Below, piece by piece: positions 22,801 to 33,981 of a DNA stretch of 64,000 bases. This DNA comes from Spirochaetia bacterium. GTDB taxonomy: Bacteria; Spirochaetota; Spirochaetia; SZUA-6; Bin103. Under the pieces are notes generated by a model. It was given only the letters and a program-made list of their open reading frames with translations. It had not been told where the DNA came from and ran no database searches. Made by a program: the position numbers and the translations under genes. The DNA is taken from positions 2,432,001-2,496,000 of the forward strand of contig OZ241863.1 of assembly GCA_965203055.1 (NCBI GenBank), written 5' to 3'. Within the stretch, counting starts at the first letter, position 1, and each line of letters starts with the position of its first letter.

Positions 22801-23245
22801 TTCCGACGTCATTCTGGATCTGTTCGTCTCGCGCGAACCGCATCACACGGTCGCCTTGCATTTCTTCTCGTGCATCGATCTCGAGCGAGACACCATCAGC
22901 GCAACGGCGTCGCCGGTGGCTATGGCCAACGTCGCCTACGTGTTGGCCAAGTTGAAGAATCAGGCATTTGCGGTGGGTAAACTGCGCGAACTCAGAACCA
23001 TGATCGGGGTGTCTCCCATCAACCAAACGGTCGTGGACCGTGCCCTGGCACGTCCGCATCGTGATTTCGAAGATGCCCTGCAACGAGAATGCGCGCTGGA
23101 GAATGGGATCGAGATTCTCGTGACTCGCAACACCCGCCACTATCCCAAGACCGACGTCGCTATCCTCTCACCGGCTGACTTCTTGCAGCTTCACGGCGCC
23201 GCGCTGGCGCTCATGGGCGGCGGCGGACCGGGCAGACCGTCCTGA
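22781..23245 (+). CDS. PIN-domain (VapC-like) toxin
   Basis: KILLDSDVILD, DFEDALQ, LVTRN. Confidence 0.88.
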   Translation: MRKILLDSDVILDLFVSREPHHTVALHFFSCIDLERDTISATASPVAMANVAYVLAKLKNQAFAVGKLRELRTMIGVSPINQTVVDRALARPHRDFEDALQRECALENGIEILVTRNTRHYPKTDVAILSPADFLQLHGAALALMGGGGPGRPS

Positions 23246-25216
23246 TCCGCCAGCCGAACCAGAAGCTGCTTGCCCTCCAGCGTTTGGCGCGCCCAATACA
23301 GGTTCTGGTATTGATCGTAGCCGCCCTCGCTCTCGCTCCCTGCCAGCCTTGCCGTGCCGGTCGCGGTGGTGCCGCCGGACGGCGCCGCGCCAAAGGTCAC
23401 GGTTGGGGCAGTCGTGTAGCCGCTCCCGCGGTCCGTAATATCCACCGACGCTACGCGCAACGCCGCAGTGCCGGCGGCCGTGGTGCCGGCCCCCGGCGCT
23501 GCCGAAAGGGTCACGGTCGGGGCAGTCGTGTAGCCGCTCCCACGGTTCATGACATTCACCGACGTTACGCGCAGCGCCGCGGTGCCGGCGGCCGTGGTGC
23601 CGCCGCCCGGCGCCGCGCCAAAGGTCACGGTTGGGGCAGTCGTGTAACCGCTCCCGCGGTCCGTGATATCCACCGACGTGACGCGCAGCGCCGCAGTGCC
23701 GGCAGCCGTGGTGCCGCCGCCCGGCGCCGCGCCAAAGGTCACGGTTGGGGCAGTCGTGTAACCGCTCCCACGGTTCGTGATCGTCACCGACGTGACGCCG
23801 GTTTGCAGCACTGCGGTGCCGGTGGCCGTGGCGCCGCCCGGCCCTGCTCCGAACGTCACGGTTGGGGCAGCAGTGTAGCCGCTCCCCGGGTTCGTGATCG
23901 TCACGTCCTCTACTCTGGTGGTCCGTAACGTCGCGGTGGCGCTCGCGCCGGAGCCTCCTCCTCCCGAAAACGACACGGTTGGGGCAGAGGCGTAGCCGCT
24001 TCCCCGGTTCACTACGGCTACGAGCGTCACTTGACTGCTAACTATCAACGCTGTTCCGGTTGCCCGGGTGCCTCCGGCGGCCTGCGGAGCGCTAAACGTT
24101 ACGGTTGGAGCAGACGTGTAGAAGTTCCCCGGGGCCGTGATCGTCACTGAACTTACTTCTGATCGCAGCGTTGCGGTGCCGGTCGCGGTGGTGCCGCCGG
24201 ACGGCGCTGCTCCGAACGTCACGGTGGGAGCGGACGTATAGCCGGCCCCCCGGTTCGTGATCGTCACTGACGTGACGAGGCCGGGCCCCACCGCGGTGCC
24301 GGTCGCCGCGGTGCCGCCGGACGGCGGCGCGCTGAACGTCACGCTGGGAACCGACGCGTAGCCGCTTCCCGCAGTCCCGACCGTCACCGCATCGACGGCG
24401 CCCGCCGCGGCCCCGATCGCCGTAGTCCCGCCGGACGGCGGCGCGCTAAACGTCACGGTAGGGACGGAAGTGTAGCCGCTTCCTGCGGTCCCGACCGTCA
24501 CCGCATCGACGGCGCCCGCCGCGGCGCCGGTCGCCGTAGTCCCGCCGGACGGCGGCGCGCTGAACGTCACGCTGGGAACCGACGCGTAGCCGCTTCCTGC
24601 GGTCCCGACCGTCACCGCGTCGACGGAGGCTACCGCGGTGCCGGTTGCCGTGGTGCCGCCGGACGGCGCCGCCTCGAACGTCACGCCGGGAACGGACGCG
24701 TAGCCGCTCCCCGGGTTCGCTATCGTGACCGCCTGAACCGTGCCGACGGCGCCCGGCTCGATCGTGTCGGAGCCCGACTGATCCGGGGCGGTGAGCACCA
24801 GTACCACTGCGCCCGCCCGGACGTCCGGGGTTACCGTCCACTCCGCGCCGGTGAGGTCGGACGCGAAGACCGGCTTGGCGCTCGTGCTCGTGAACGGCAA
24901 CGGGTGCCCGCCGATCGACACCTGCACCTTCTCGCCCTCGCCGCCGGTGATCCGCTCCCAGGCATACGGCGCGGAACGGTTGGACGTCGCGCTCAGCAGG
25001 TCCGCGCCGTCACCAAAGTGAGCCGCGCTGATCGTCCAGCTCTTCTCGGCCGGCTGGGCCGGCTGCGGGGTTGGCGGCGGCTCGCTCGGCGGCTTACCCC
25101 CCCCCCCCTTGGGCCGGGTCGGCGGGCGCGGCGGGCGGGCCCGCCGCCTGCGCGCACGCCATCAGCATGGCGATACCGGCGGCCAGCAACAGCGATACCA
25201 GCGACGCTCTGCCCAA
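23191..25216 (-). pseudogene. Repeat lipoprotein A with 12 GSGY repeats, frameshifted at a poly-G tract (phase-OFF or homopolymer error)
   Basis: AGGAGG-TTG MGRASLVSLLLAAGIAMLMAC; CAA-G12-TAA; downstream frame KPPSEPPP... is continuous with ORF 23191..24927. Confidence 0.85.
25097..25108 (-). repeat. Poly-G tract G12 in lipoprotein A
   Basis: 12 C on the + strand. Confidence 0.9.
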
Positions 25217-25331
25217 GATTATCCTCCTGCCGGGCGGTTGGTCCCAGGCGGCGGCACGGTAGCACGCGCTCCCCAAGCTGTCCATCCCCACGTCGCTCGC
25301 TTTCGCTCGCTCGCTCACTGCGCGCCGTCTC

Positions 25332-25360
25332 TTGACGTGGCAGACGTTTGTCTGTATGAT
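25332..25360 (+). promoter_or_regulatory. sigma70 promoter of lexA with CAGAC-N4-GTCTG operator
   Basis: TTGACG-17bp-TATGAT; palindrome at 25341-25354; ATG 6 nt after the -10. Confidence 0.85.
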
Positions 25361-25366
25361 GCTCCC

Positions 25367-26008
25367 ATGGCTCACGCTCCCCGGCCACGCTCCGGCGACC
25401 GCAAGCGGCGCATCTTCCTGTTCGTGCGCGACCGGATTCTCTCCGGGGCGCCGCCCACCGTGCGCGAGGTGCAGGCGCACTGCGGCTTCCGCGCCGTGCA
25501 GTCGGCCCGCGACTACCTGGAGGCGCTGGTGCGCGACGGGCTGCTGGACAAGGAACCGGGCAAGGCGCGCGGCTACCGGCTGCCGGCGCACTCCCCCTTC
25601 CCTACCGTCCTGGTCCCGCTCCTGGGACGGGTGCAGGCCGGCGCCCTCACCACCGCCAGCGAACACCCCGACGGCTATCTGGCGGTGCAGTCCGCCAGGG
25701 AACGCGACGAGCTGTTCGCCCTGCGGGTGCACGGCGAGAGCATGCGCGACGCCGCCATTCTGCCGGGCGACGTGGTGATCGTGCACCGGCAGGAAGACGC
25801 CCGCTCCGGGGATATCGTCGTCGCTCTGGTGGAGGAAGAGGCCACGGTGAAGCGGCTCAAGGTGCAGGCGGGGCGCGTCGAGCTGCATCCCGCCAACCCG
25901 GCGTTCGCTCCTATCGTCCCGGATCCCGCCCGGGTGCGCATCCTCGGCAAGGTGATCGAGGTGCGCCGCTACCTGGAAGGCGGCGCGCTGCTCGCACCCG
26001 AGCCATGA
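25367..26008 (+). CDS. lexA: LexA repressor of the mutagenesis cassette
   Basis: PPTVREV HTH, VPLLGRVQAG cleavage site, GESM serine, EATVK lysine. Confidence 0.93.
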   Translation: MAHAPRPRSGDRKRRIFLFVRDRILSGAPPTVREVQAHCGFRAVQSARDYLEALVRDGLLDKEPGKARGYRLPAHSPFPTVLVPLLGRVQAGALTTASEHPDGYLAVQSARERDELFALRVHGESMRDAAILPGDVVIVHRQEDARSGDIVVALVEEEATVKRLKVQAGRVELHPANPAFAPIVPDPARVRILGKVIEVRRYLEGGALLAPEP

Positions 26009-26655
26009 CCGGCGCGCCGCTGCGCCGCGGCCGGCACCTGGTAGTGCGCGCCGCCGCGCTGGCGCGCGAGCGCGGCCCGCAGCAAGAGGATCGCGACGCT
26101 GCCCGGTGGCGCCCCGCGGAGCTCGCCGGACGCCTGTGCGAGCTGGCCGCCGATGCCCATGGCGCGCTGCTGACCCTTGCCTGCGCCATGATCCGCGACT
26201 ATCAACGCGCCGCCGAACCGGTGGCCTGGATCACCACCACCCGCGACACCTTCTTTCCGCCGGACGCCGCCCGCGGCGGGATCGATCTGGCGGCGCTGCC
26301 GGTGGTTACCGTTCCCGATCGGCACGCCGCGGCGCGCGCCGCCGAGCGGCTGACCCGGAGCGGGGCCTTCGGACTGCTGGTGCTGGAGCTCGGCGCCCGC
26401 CTGGCCATCCCGGCGCCGTTCCTGGGCCGGCTGGCGCGCCTGGCGCGGCGCCACGATACCGCCCTCCTGTGCCTTACCACACCCGCCCCCGGCGCTACCC
26501 TCGGGTCGCTGATCGCGCTGCGCGGGCGCGCGTTTCGCGCCGCCGCGCCGCAGGCGGGCCGCCTGCGCTGCGGCATCCGCGTATCCAAGGACCGCCGGCG
26601 CGGCCCCGGCCGGACGCTGGCCGCCAGCTACCATGCCCCCCACGGCCTGTGTTGA
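26005..26655 (+). CDS. imuA: ImuA-like RecA homologue
   Basis: LAGRLCEL, FFPPDAARGGIDL, RSGAFGLLVLEL; lies between lexA and imuB. Confidence 0.8.
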   Translation: MTGAPLRRGRHLVVRAAALARERGPQQEDRDAARWRPAELAGRLCELAADAHGALLTLACAMIRDYQRAAEPVAWITTTRDTFFPPDAARGGIDLAALPVVTVPDRHAAARAAERLTRSGAFGLLVLELGARLAIPAPFLGRLARLARRHDTALLCLTTPAPGATLGSLIALRGRAFRAAAPQAGRLRCGIRVSKDRRRGPGRTLAASYHAPHGLC

Positions 26656-28153
26656 CGTCGCGGCGCTGGCGCTGCAGTTGCTGCTCCGGCGGCGCCCCGA
26701 CTGGCAACGCCGCCCCGCCGCGGTAGTCAGCGAAGACACCCCCCGCGGCGCCGTGGTGACCGTCAATCGGCCGGCGCGCGCCGCCGGGGTGCGCGCCGGG
26801 ATGCGGTACGCCGCGGCGCTCTCCCTGGCCCCCCGGCTGCAGGCGGCCATCGTCTCCGCCGAGGAAACCGCGGCGGGGGCGCGGCTCATCCGGGAGCGGC
26901 TGCTGTCGATCAGCCCGCGCGTCGAATGGGGCGGCGCCGGCTGGGCCGGGCAGGGGGTGTTCTGGATGGAGGCGGGAGGATTGCGCCGCCACTATCCTTC
27001 GCCTGAGGCGCTGGCGCGCGCCATTCAGCGCTGTCTGCGCGCGGCCCGGTTCTTCGCCGCGGTGGTTCTGGGACATACCCGGCTCGGCACCTCCCTCCTC
27101 GCCCGGGAGCTGGCGACTCCGCAAGCGGGCGCGCCGCGCCGGCCGCGGTACTGGCTGGTAATGCCCTCCGCGGCTGACGAACTGGCTGCTGCGCGGCAGG
27201 TTCCGCTGGCGCGGCTGCCCCTGGAACCGGAGGCGCTCGACCTGCTGGAAAAGCTGGCCCTGAGCACGGTAGACGACTTGCTCCGCATCTCCTGCGCCGA
27301 GCTGCTGCACCGCTTCGGCCCCCACGTGGCGGAGTTGCGGCGCGCCGCCGGCGCCGCGCCGGAGCTTCCGGTGCAGGGCTCGGCCCCGGCGGTCCCGCTC
27401 CTGCAGCGCAAGCGGCTGGCATACCCGGAAACCGATGCGGCGCGTCTGCAGCGCTCTGTGGAGGTACTGCTCGAGGCGTTGCTCCGCCGGCTGCGGCAGG
27501 AGGAACGCGCCGTAGCCGGGCTGGAGCTGCAACTCCGGTTGGAAGACGGCTCGTATCGGCGGGAACTGATCCGCCCCGCGGTCCCCACCCGCGAACGGCG
27601 CCGGCTGGCGGAGTTGCTGGCGCTGCGCCTGCCCACGCTGGAGCTGAGCGCCGGCGTCGAAGAGCTGGCCATGGAGGCGCGGGCCGCCCCGCTGCCGGCA
27701 GGTCAGAGCGAGCTGTTCCGCAGCAACCCGCGGCGCGATCTGGCGGCCGGGTCCGCGGCGCTGGCCGGCATCCGGGCCGAGTTCGGCAACGGGGCGGTGG
27801 CGCGCGCCGAGTTGGCCGCGGAGCATCTGCCGGAGGCGCAGTTCCGCTGGCAGCCGGTCGCCGAGTTGACGGCGCCCCGCCCCCGCTCCAGGCGGCAGGA
27901 GGCGGCGCCGCTGGTGCGGCGGATGCTGGCGCGACCGGTGGAGATCCCGGCGCCGCGCGTCGGCTCCGGGCCGCGGCCCGCGCACTACGGACCGTTCCTC
28001 ATCTCCGGCGGCTGGTGGCGCGCCGCGGAGGCCCGGGAAGGCGGCTGCGCCGACCGCGCCTACTACTTCCTGCGCTCCTCCGGCAACACCCTGGAGTGGG
28101 TCTACCACGACCGCCTGACCCGGCGCTGGTACCGCCAGGGATGGATCGAGTGA
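26633..28153 (+). CDS. imuB: ImuB, inactive Y-family polymerase
   Basis: ACVDV, ARAAGVRAGM, SPRVE, C-terminal GPFLISGGWW...RAYY...W. Confidence 0.88.
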   Translation: MPPTACVDVAALALQLLLRRRPDWQRRPAAVVSEDTPRGAVVTVNRPARAAGVRAGMRYAAALSLAPRLQAAIVSAEETAAGARLIRERLLSISPRVEWGGAGWAGQGVFWMEAGGLRRHYPSPEALARAIQRCLRAARFFAAVVLGHTRLGTSLLARELATPQAGAPRRPRYWLVMPSAADELAAARQVPLARLPLEPEALDLLEKLALSTVDDLLRISCAELLHRFGPHVAELRRAAGAAPELPVQGSAPAVPLLQRKRLAYPETDAARLQRSVEVLLEALLRRLRQEERAVAGLELQLRLEDGSYRRELIRPAVPTRERRRLAELLALRLPTLELSAGVEELAMEARAAPLPAGQSELFRSNPRRDLAAGSAALAGIRAEFGNGAVARAELAAEHLPEAQFRWQPVAELTAPRPRSRRQEAAPLVRRMLARPVEIPAPRVGSGPRPAHYGPFLISGGWWRAAEAREGGCADRAYYFLRSSGNTLEWVYHDRLTRRWYRQGWIE

Positions 28154-28200
28154 GCAAGCGCGCGGTTGCGCGACCGGCGCGGCCCGCGTACCGTAGCGCC

Positions 28201-29198
28201 ATGGCAACCACCAAGACTTCCAAGACCGCCACCGGGCCGCCCCGCCCGGACACGGCTGCCGCGCCGCCGGAGCCGGAGTTCCCCGGCTGCACGCCGGTCC
28301 ATCTGCCGGCGGACGAGCTCGAACGCAGCGACCAGCGGTTGGAGTATTGGGACGGCGCGACCCAAACCGCCTGGATCTGCGAACCGACCAGTCCCTACCA
28401 CGAGCGGCCCTCCGGCCGCCTGACCCGGCTCACCGAGCGGATCGCGCAGCTGCGCGGCGCGCCCATCGAAAGCTACGGCTCGATGGACCTGCGGCAGCAC
28501 GACGGGCCGCGCAGCATCATGCAGGCCGACGAGTCGGTGTACCTGCATCCGGGCAGCGCCCGCCTGCCGGGGCCGTCGGCGATGGTGATCGGCGTCGACG
28601 ACTATCCCGACGTAGTGCTGGAGGTGGACCACACCACCGACGGCGCGGCAAGCTGGGGTTGTACGAGTCGTGGGGGTTCCCGGAGGTATGGGTGGAGGTG
28701 CCGGACGAGACCGCGCCGAGCCGCCCGCGGGGCCGGCGGCCGGGGCTGACGATCCACCTGCTGGAGGCGGGCGCGTACCGGGCGGCGCCGGAGAGCCGGG
28801 CGTTTCCGGGGTGGACGGCGGAGGAGATTCACGCGGCGCTGAACGAACCGGCGCTGTCGGCGCAGACCAGCGCGGTGCTGGAACGGGTGGGGAGGACGCT
28901 CGGCGAGCGGGAGGGCACCGGGCCGGATCACGATCCGCTGCTGCGGTCGCAACGGCGCCGCGGGTACGAGCACGGCCACGAGCGCGGCCTGGAGCACGGG
29001 CGGGCGGAGGAACGCGCGCTGCTGTGCCGGCAGGCGGCGCGGAAGTTCGACGACGACACCGCGCAACGGCTCGCAGTGCTGCTGGAGCGGACCGCCGATC
29101 CTGACCGCCTGGCGCAGGCCGGCGACTGGATCATCGAGTGCGAGACCGGAGCCGAGCTCCTCGACCGGGTAGCAGGCAACACCGCGCGCCGGACCTGA
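28201..29198 (+). pseudogene. Uma2-family endonuclease, frameshifted near 28640
   Basis: MQADES...PDVVLEVDHTTD then RRGKLGLYESWGFPEVW in another frame. Confidence 0.8.
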
Positions 29199-29242
29199 CC
29201 TGACCCGCGGGGGGTCGGCGTTGGGATCGCGTGCCAACCGTC

Positions 29243-29272
29243 TTGCGTTATACAGACATTTGTCTGTATGCT
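29243..29272 (+). promoter_or_regulatory. dnaE2 promoter with perfect palindromic operator
   Basis: TTGCGT-18bp-TATGCT; ATACAGACA-TT-TGTCTGTAT at 29250-29269. Confidence 0.85.
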
Positions 29273-29279
29273 GGCTTGC

Positions 29280-32200
29280 ATGGGCGCAGACGGCAGGGCA
29301 GCGGCGGCCGGCGAGGCGGAGCGGGCGGGCGGGTACGTGCCGCTGTGGTGCAAGAGCAACTTCTCGTTTCTGGAGGGCGCCAGCCACCCGGAGGAACTGG
29401 TAGGGCGCTGCCGGGAGCTCGGCATCCCTGCCCTGGCGCTGGCGGACCGGGACGGCATCTACGGGATGGCGCGCGCCCACGTGGCGGCCGGCGGCGGCGG
29501 CCCGCGCCTGATCATCGGCGCCCAGCTTACGGTGGTCGATTCCCCGGAGGAGGACGCTACCGGGGCTGGCGGCGGGGAGACCGAGACGGTCGTGCTGCTG
29601 GTGCAGTGCCGAGAGGGCTACGGCAACCTCTGCCGGCTCATCTCGCGCGGGCGGCTGCGCAGTCCCAAGGGTCAGTGCCGGGTAGGCTGGGAGGAGGCGT
29701 GCTCCCACGCCGGCGGCCTGATCGCCCTCCGGCAGGGCCGCCGGCTGCTGGCCGGGAGCGCCGCGGCCGGCTGGCGGCGGCGCGCCGTCCAACTCCGGGA
29801 GGCGTTCTCCGACCGCCTCTACGGGCTGGTCACGCGCCACCGGCTGCCTGACGACGCCGCGGTCGAACGGCGCCTGACGGCGTTGAGCCGCCGCCTCGCC
29901 ATTCCTCTGGCCGCCGCCACCGAGGTGCTCTACCACCACCGCGACCGGCGCCGGCTGCAGGACGTGGTCACCTGCATCCGCGGCCGCACCACGCTGCACG
30001 CCGCCGGCACGCTGCTGCGCCCCAACGCCGAGCACGCCCTCAAGTCGCCGGCGGCGTTCGCCCGCCTGTTCGCGGACCGCCCCGAGCTGATCGCCGCCAC
30101 CCGCGAGATCGCCGCCCGCTGCGCCTTCTCGCTCGCCGAACTGCGCTACCGCTACCCTTCCGAACGGCTGCCCGCGGGCCGCACCTCAGCCCAATGGCTG
30201 CGCCACCTTGCCTTCGCCGGGGCGCGCCGGCGCTACCGCGGCGCCGTTCCCGCGGCCGTCGCCCGGCAACTGCGCGCCGAGCTGGCGGTGATCGAGGATC
30301 TCGACTATTGCGGCTACTTCCTGACCATGTACGAGGTCGTCCGCTTCTGCCGAACGCAGCGGATCCCGTGTCAGGGCCGCGGCTCGGCGGCCAACTCCGC
30401 GGTGTGCTACTGCCTGGGCATCACCGCCATCGACCCGGTGCGCATGGACCTGCTGTTCGAGCGCTTCCTGTCCCGCGAGCGCGCCGAACCGCCTGACATC
30501 GACCTGGACATCGGCCACCGCCGGCGGGAGGAGGCGATTCAGTTCATGTACCGGAAGTATGGCCGCGAGCACGCCGCCATGGTCGCCAACGTGGTGCGCT
30601 ACCGCCCCCGATCCGCCCTCCGCGAGGTCGGCAAGACCCTCGCCATGCAGGCGACCGCGCTGGACCGGGCGGCGCGGCTCGTCTCCTACCACCACAGCGA
30701 CTTCCCGGTGGCGGTAGAGGACGCCTTGGAGCAGGCCGGCCTCGACCCCGCCAGCCCGCGGCACCGCGCCCTCGCCGAGTTGACGGGCCAGCTCGTCGAC
30801 TTCCCGCGCCACCTGTCGATCCACCCCGGCGGCTTTCTGCTCGGCAGCGAGCCGGTCACCACCCTGGTCCCGATCGAGAACGCCGCCATGGAGGGGCGCA
30901 CCGTCATCCAGTGGGACAAGTATGACGTCGAGGCCCTGGGCCTGTTCAAGGTGGACCTGCTCGGACTCGGCGCCCTCACCCACCTGGATAACGGCTTCGA
31001 CCTGATCCGGCGCCACTACCGGCGCAGCTACACCATGGCCACGGTGCCGGCCGACGACCCGGCGGTGTACGAGATGATCAGCGCCGGCGACACCGTGGGC
31101 GTGTTCCAGATCGAGAGCCGGGCGCAGATGTCGATGCTGCCGCGCCTGCGCCCGCGCCGCTTCTACGACTTGGTGATTCAGGTCGCGATCGTGCGCCCCG
31201 GACCGATCACCGGCGGCATGGTCCACCCCTTCCTGCGGCGCCGCAACGGCGACGAGCCGGTGGAGTATCCCCACCCCGCGCTGCGCCCGGTGCTGGCCAA
31301 GACGCTGGGGGTGCCGCTGTTCCAGGAACAGGTGATGAAGCTGGCGGTGGTGGCCGCCGACTACACCCCCGGCGAGGCGGATCAACTGCGCCGCGACATG
31401 GCCGCGTGGCGCCGTTCCGGCGCCATCGAGAAGCATGCCGGGCGGCTGATCTCGCGCATGCGGGCCAAGGGCATCCCCGGCGAGTTCGCCGCGCGCGTGT
31501 TCGACCAGATCCGCGGCTTCGGGGAATACGGCTTCCCGGAGTCGCACGCCGCCAGCTTCGCCCTGCTGGCGTACCTCACGGCCTGGCTCAAGCGCCACTA
31601 CCACGACGCGTTCAGCGCGGCGCTGCTCAACGCCTGGCCGATGGGATTCTACGCGCCGGCCACCATCGTCGACGACGCCCGCCGCCACGGCGTGACGGTG
31701 CTGCCGGTGGACGTGACCCGCAGCGCCTGGGAGTGCACCCTGGAGCCGGCGCCGCCGGGCGCGGCCGGGCGGCGCCGGCGCTGGCGCTGCGCGATACGCA
31801 TGGGGCTGCGCTACGTGCAGGGGCTGTCGGAAGGGCGCGGCGCGGCGATCGCCGCAGCGCGCGCCAAGCGGCCCTTCGCCTCGGTGGCGGACCTGGTGGA
31901 ACGCCTGCCCGAGCTGCCGCGGGACGTTCTGCTCCGGCTGGCCGAGAGCGGCGCGCTCAACGCCCTGGAGCTGGAGCGGCCCGGCGGCCCGGCGCGGCCC
32001 GGCGACCGCCGCCGCGCCAGCCTGTGGCAGGTACTGGGCGCGGCGCGCCGCCGCGGGCGCGCCGCGCCGCTGGCCCCGGATCTCCCGCAGCCGGAGACCT
32101 CCTTCGCCCCCCTCAACCGCGCTGCCGCCATCGCCTGGGACTACACCGCCACCGGCCACAGCGCGCGCGGCCATCCGCTGGCGCCGTTGCGCCGCCGCCT

Positions 32201-32576
32201 CGCCGCCCGCGAGCTGCCCACCGCCCGGCAGGTCGCCGCCATGGAACATGGCCGGCAGGTCTCCTGCGCCGGCCTGGTAATCTGCCGCCAGCGGCCCGGC
32301 ACCGCCTCCGGCGTGGTGTTCATGACCCTCGAAGACGAGACCGGCTTCATCAACCTGGTGGTCTGGCCCAAGGTGTTCCAACGCTTCCGCAGCACCATCC
32401 TCACGGCCGCGTTCCTCGAGGTAAGCGGCGCGGTCCAGGCGCAGCACGGCGTGGCGCACGTGATCGCCGGACGGTTCCGGGCCCTGGAATGGGCCACCGG
32501 GCGGCCCCTGGAGCCCGGCGCCGGCCAGCCCGCCGCGCGCAACGCCCTGCCGTTGCGGAGCCACGACTTCCACTGA
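29280..32576 (+). CDS. dnaE2: Error-prone DNA polymerase DnaE2 (ImuC)
   Basis: [43 protein letters not shown]-terminal SHDFH. Confidence 0.97.
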   Translation: MGADGRAAAAGEAERAGGYVPLWCKSNFSFLEGASHPEELVGRCRELGIPALALADRDGIYGMARAHVAAGGGGPRLIIGAQLTVVDSPEEDATGAGGGETETVVLLVQCREGYGNLCRLISRGRLRSPKGQCRVGWEEACSHAGGLIALRQGRRLLAGSAAAGWRRRAVQLREAFSDRLYGLVTRHRLPDDAAVERRLTALSRRLAIPLAAATEVLYHHRDRRRLQDVVTCIRGRTTLHAAGTLLRPNAEHALKSPAAFARLFADRPELIAATREIAARCAFSLAELRYRYPSERLPAGRTSAQWLRHLAFAGARRRYRGAVPAAVARQLRAELAVIEDLDYCGYFLTMYEVVRFCRTQRIPCQGRGSAANSAVCYCLGITAIDPVRMDLLFERFLSRERAEPPDIDLDIGHRRREEAIQFMYRKYGREHAAMVANVVRYRPRSALREVGKTLAMQATALDRAARLVSYHHSDFPVAVEDALEQAGLDPASPRHRALAELTGQLVDFPRHLSIHPGGFLLGSEPVTTLVPIENAAMEGRTVIQWDKYDVEALGLFKVDLLGLGALTHLDNGFDLIRRHYRRSYTMATVPADDPAVYEMISAGDTVGVFQIESRAQMSMLPRLRPRRFYDLVIQVAIVRPGPITGGMVHPFLRRRNGDEPVEYPHPALRPVLAKTLGVPLFQEQVMKLAVVAADYTPGEADQLRRDMAAWRRSGAIEKHAGRLISRMRAKGIPGEFAARVFDQIRGFGEYGFPESHAASFALLAYLTAWLKRHYHDAFSAALLNAWPMGFYAPATIVDDARRHGVTVLPVDVTRSAWECTLEPAPPGAAGRRRRWRCAIRMGLRYVQGLSEGRGAAIAAARAKRPFASVADLVERLPELPRDVLLRLAESGALNALELERPGGPARPGDRRRASLWQVLGAARRRGRAAPLAPDLPQPETSFAPLNRAAAIAWDYTATGHSARGHPLAPLRRRLAARELPTARQVAAMEHGRQVSCAGLVICRQRPGTASGVVFMTLEDETGFINLVVWPKVFQRFRSTILTAAFLEVSGAVQAQHGVAHVIAGRFRALEWATGRPLEPGAGQPAARNALPLRSHDFH

Positions 32577-32710
32577 CCAAGCCGGCCCGCGGCGCCGCGC
32601 AGCGGCCTGTTCCGTACCACCTCGCCGCGCACCGGAGGGAGGCCGTGCGCTTCCCGCCGGCGGCCAGCGCTACGCCCAGGCCGCGTCTGCGCTCCGGCAG
32701 GGGGCGGCCC

Positions 32711-33877
32711 TCAGCGCGGCAGTTCCCGACCCGGGGTGAGCTCGGTCAGGAACCGGTCCACCGGCAGGCAGCGGATGCCGTCCCGTTCCAGCGCCTCGTC
32801 TCCCCGGTACAGCAGGAGCGGCGCCGCCTCCGGGTAGTCGGCATGGAACGTCCTGATCCCCCGCAGATCGTGCGGCCGCAGCGAACGGCTGTTCTTCACC
32901 TCGATGGCATGGAACCCGGCCTCGCCGTAGAGCACGAAGTCGACCTCCGAGCCGCCCCGCGTGCGCCAGTAGTAGATGCCGCAATCGGCGTTGCCGTAGC
33001 CAACCCAGGCCTGCAGGTGCTGCAGGACCAGTCCTTCGAGCGCCGGCCCGGCCATCTCGGTGCGCGTATCGAGCGGCCCGGCGGGGCGCAACGAGCGGAA
33101 TATGCCGCAGTCGAAGAAGTAGAACTTGGCATGCGCGGCCAGCGAGCGCTTGGCGCGGCGCCGGAACACCGGCAGCCGGACGGCGATGAGCAGGTCCTCC
33201 AGGATGCCGAGATAGGACTCCACCGTATTGCGGCTGGCCACGCACTCGCGCGCCACCGCGGCGACGTTGAGCACCTGCCCGTGCGAGAACGACGCGGTCT
33301 CCAGGAAGCGGCTGAAGTCGTCGAGCCGCCGGACCAGCCCTTCCGCCTTCACCTCCTGTTGCAGGTACAGGTCGATGTACCCGCGCAGGGTGCGCTCCGG
33401 CGAGGCCGCGGTGACCACCAGCGGCACCATGCCGAGCGCCAGGCTCCGGTCCAGGTCGAACCGTGCACCCAATTCGGCGGCCATGAAGGGGTGCATCGTG
33501 CACCGCACCGCCCGGCCCGCCAGCAGATCGACCCCTTCGCGCCGCAGCTTCCGGGCGCTGGAGCCGGTCAGGACGAAGCGGAGCGACCGGTCGAGCTCCA
33601 TCTGCTGGTGCACCACCGGGAGGAGCTGCGGGACGCGCTGGACCTCGTCGATGACGATGGTCCCCCGCCCGGCGTTCGCCCGCACGAACTCCCGCAGGCG
33701 TTCCGGCCGGGCGGAGTAGTTGCGCTCGGCTTCCGCGTCCAGGAGGTCGATCCAGGCCGCATCCGGGTACGCCGCGCGCAGCCACGTCGACTTGCCGGTG
33801 CCGCGCGGGCCGAACAGGAAGTAGCTGCCTGCCGGATGGTCGAAGAATCTCAGTACTTCTGACACAATGGGACGCAA
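32711..33877 (-). CDS. AAA_14 / DUF4143 ATP-binding protein
   Basis: GPRGTGKST, IDEVQR, LTGSSARKL, KFYFFDCG, EVDF; start uncertain. Confidence 0.9.
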   Translation of the reverse strand: MRPIVSEVLRFFDHPAGSYFLFGPRGTGKSTWLRAAYPDAAWIDLLDAEAERNYSARPERLREFVRANAGRGTIVIDEVQRVPQLLPVVHQQMELDRSLRFVLTGSSARKLRREGVDLLAGRAVRCTMHPFMAAELGARFDLDRSLALGMVPLVVTAASPERTLRGYIDLYLQQEVKAEGLVRRLDDFSRFLETASFSHGQVLNVAAVARECVASRNTVESYLGILEDLLIAVRLPVFRRRAKRSLAAHAKFYFFDCGIFRSLRPAGPLDTRTEMAGPALEGLVLQHLQAWVGYGNADCGIYYWRTRGGSEVDFVLYGEAGFHAIEVKNSRSLRPHDLRGIRTFHADYPEAAPLLLYRGDEALERDGIRCLPVDRFLTELTPGRELPR

Positions 33878-33927
33878 TATATCAGTTAAACTGACGAAAC
33901 GCGCGTCAACAATACCTGGCCGACCAG

Positions 33928-33970
33928 GCGCATTTCCGAAATGTAGGTAGCGTCAGGCCGCTTGACGGCC
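33928..33970. repeat. Dispersed ~45-bp repeat, copy a (3' of intact HNH gene)
   Basis: GCGCATTTCCGAAATGTAGGTAGCGTCAGGCCGCTTGACGGCC; similar copies at 51222, 61222, 61300. Confidence 0.8.
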
Positions 33971-33981
33971 GAGCCCTATGA

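Noticed and set aside
30186..33862. Long alternative-frame ORFs (795 aa, 818 aa; likewise 6330..8474, 8553..10625, 53287..55317)
   Set aside because: Shadow ORFs typical of high-GC DNA, overlapping well-supported genes and lacking motifs
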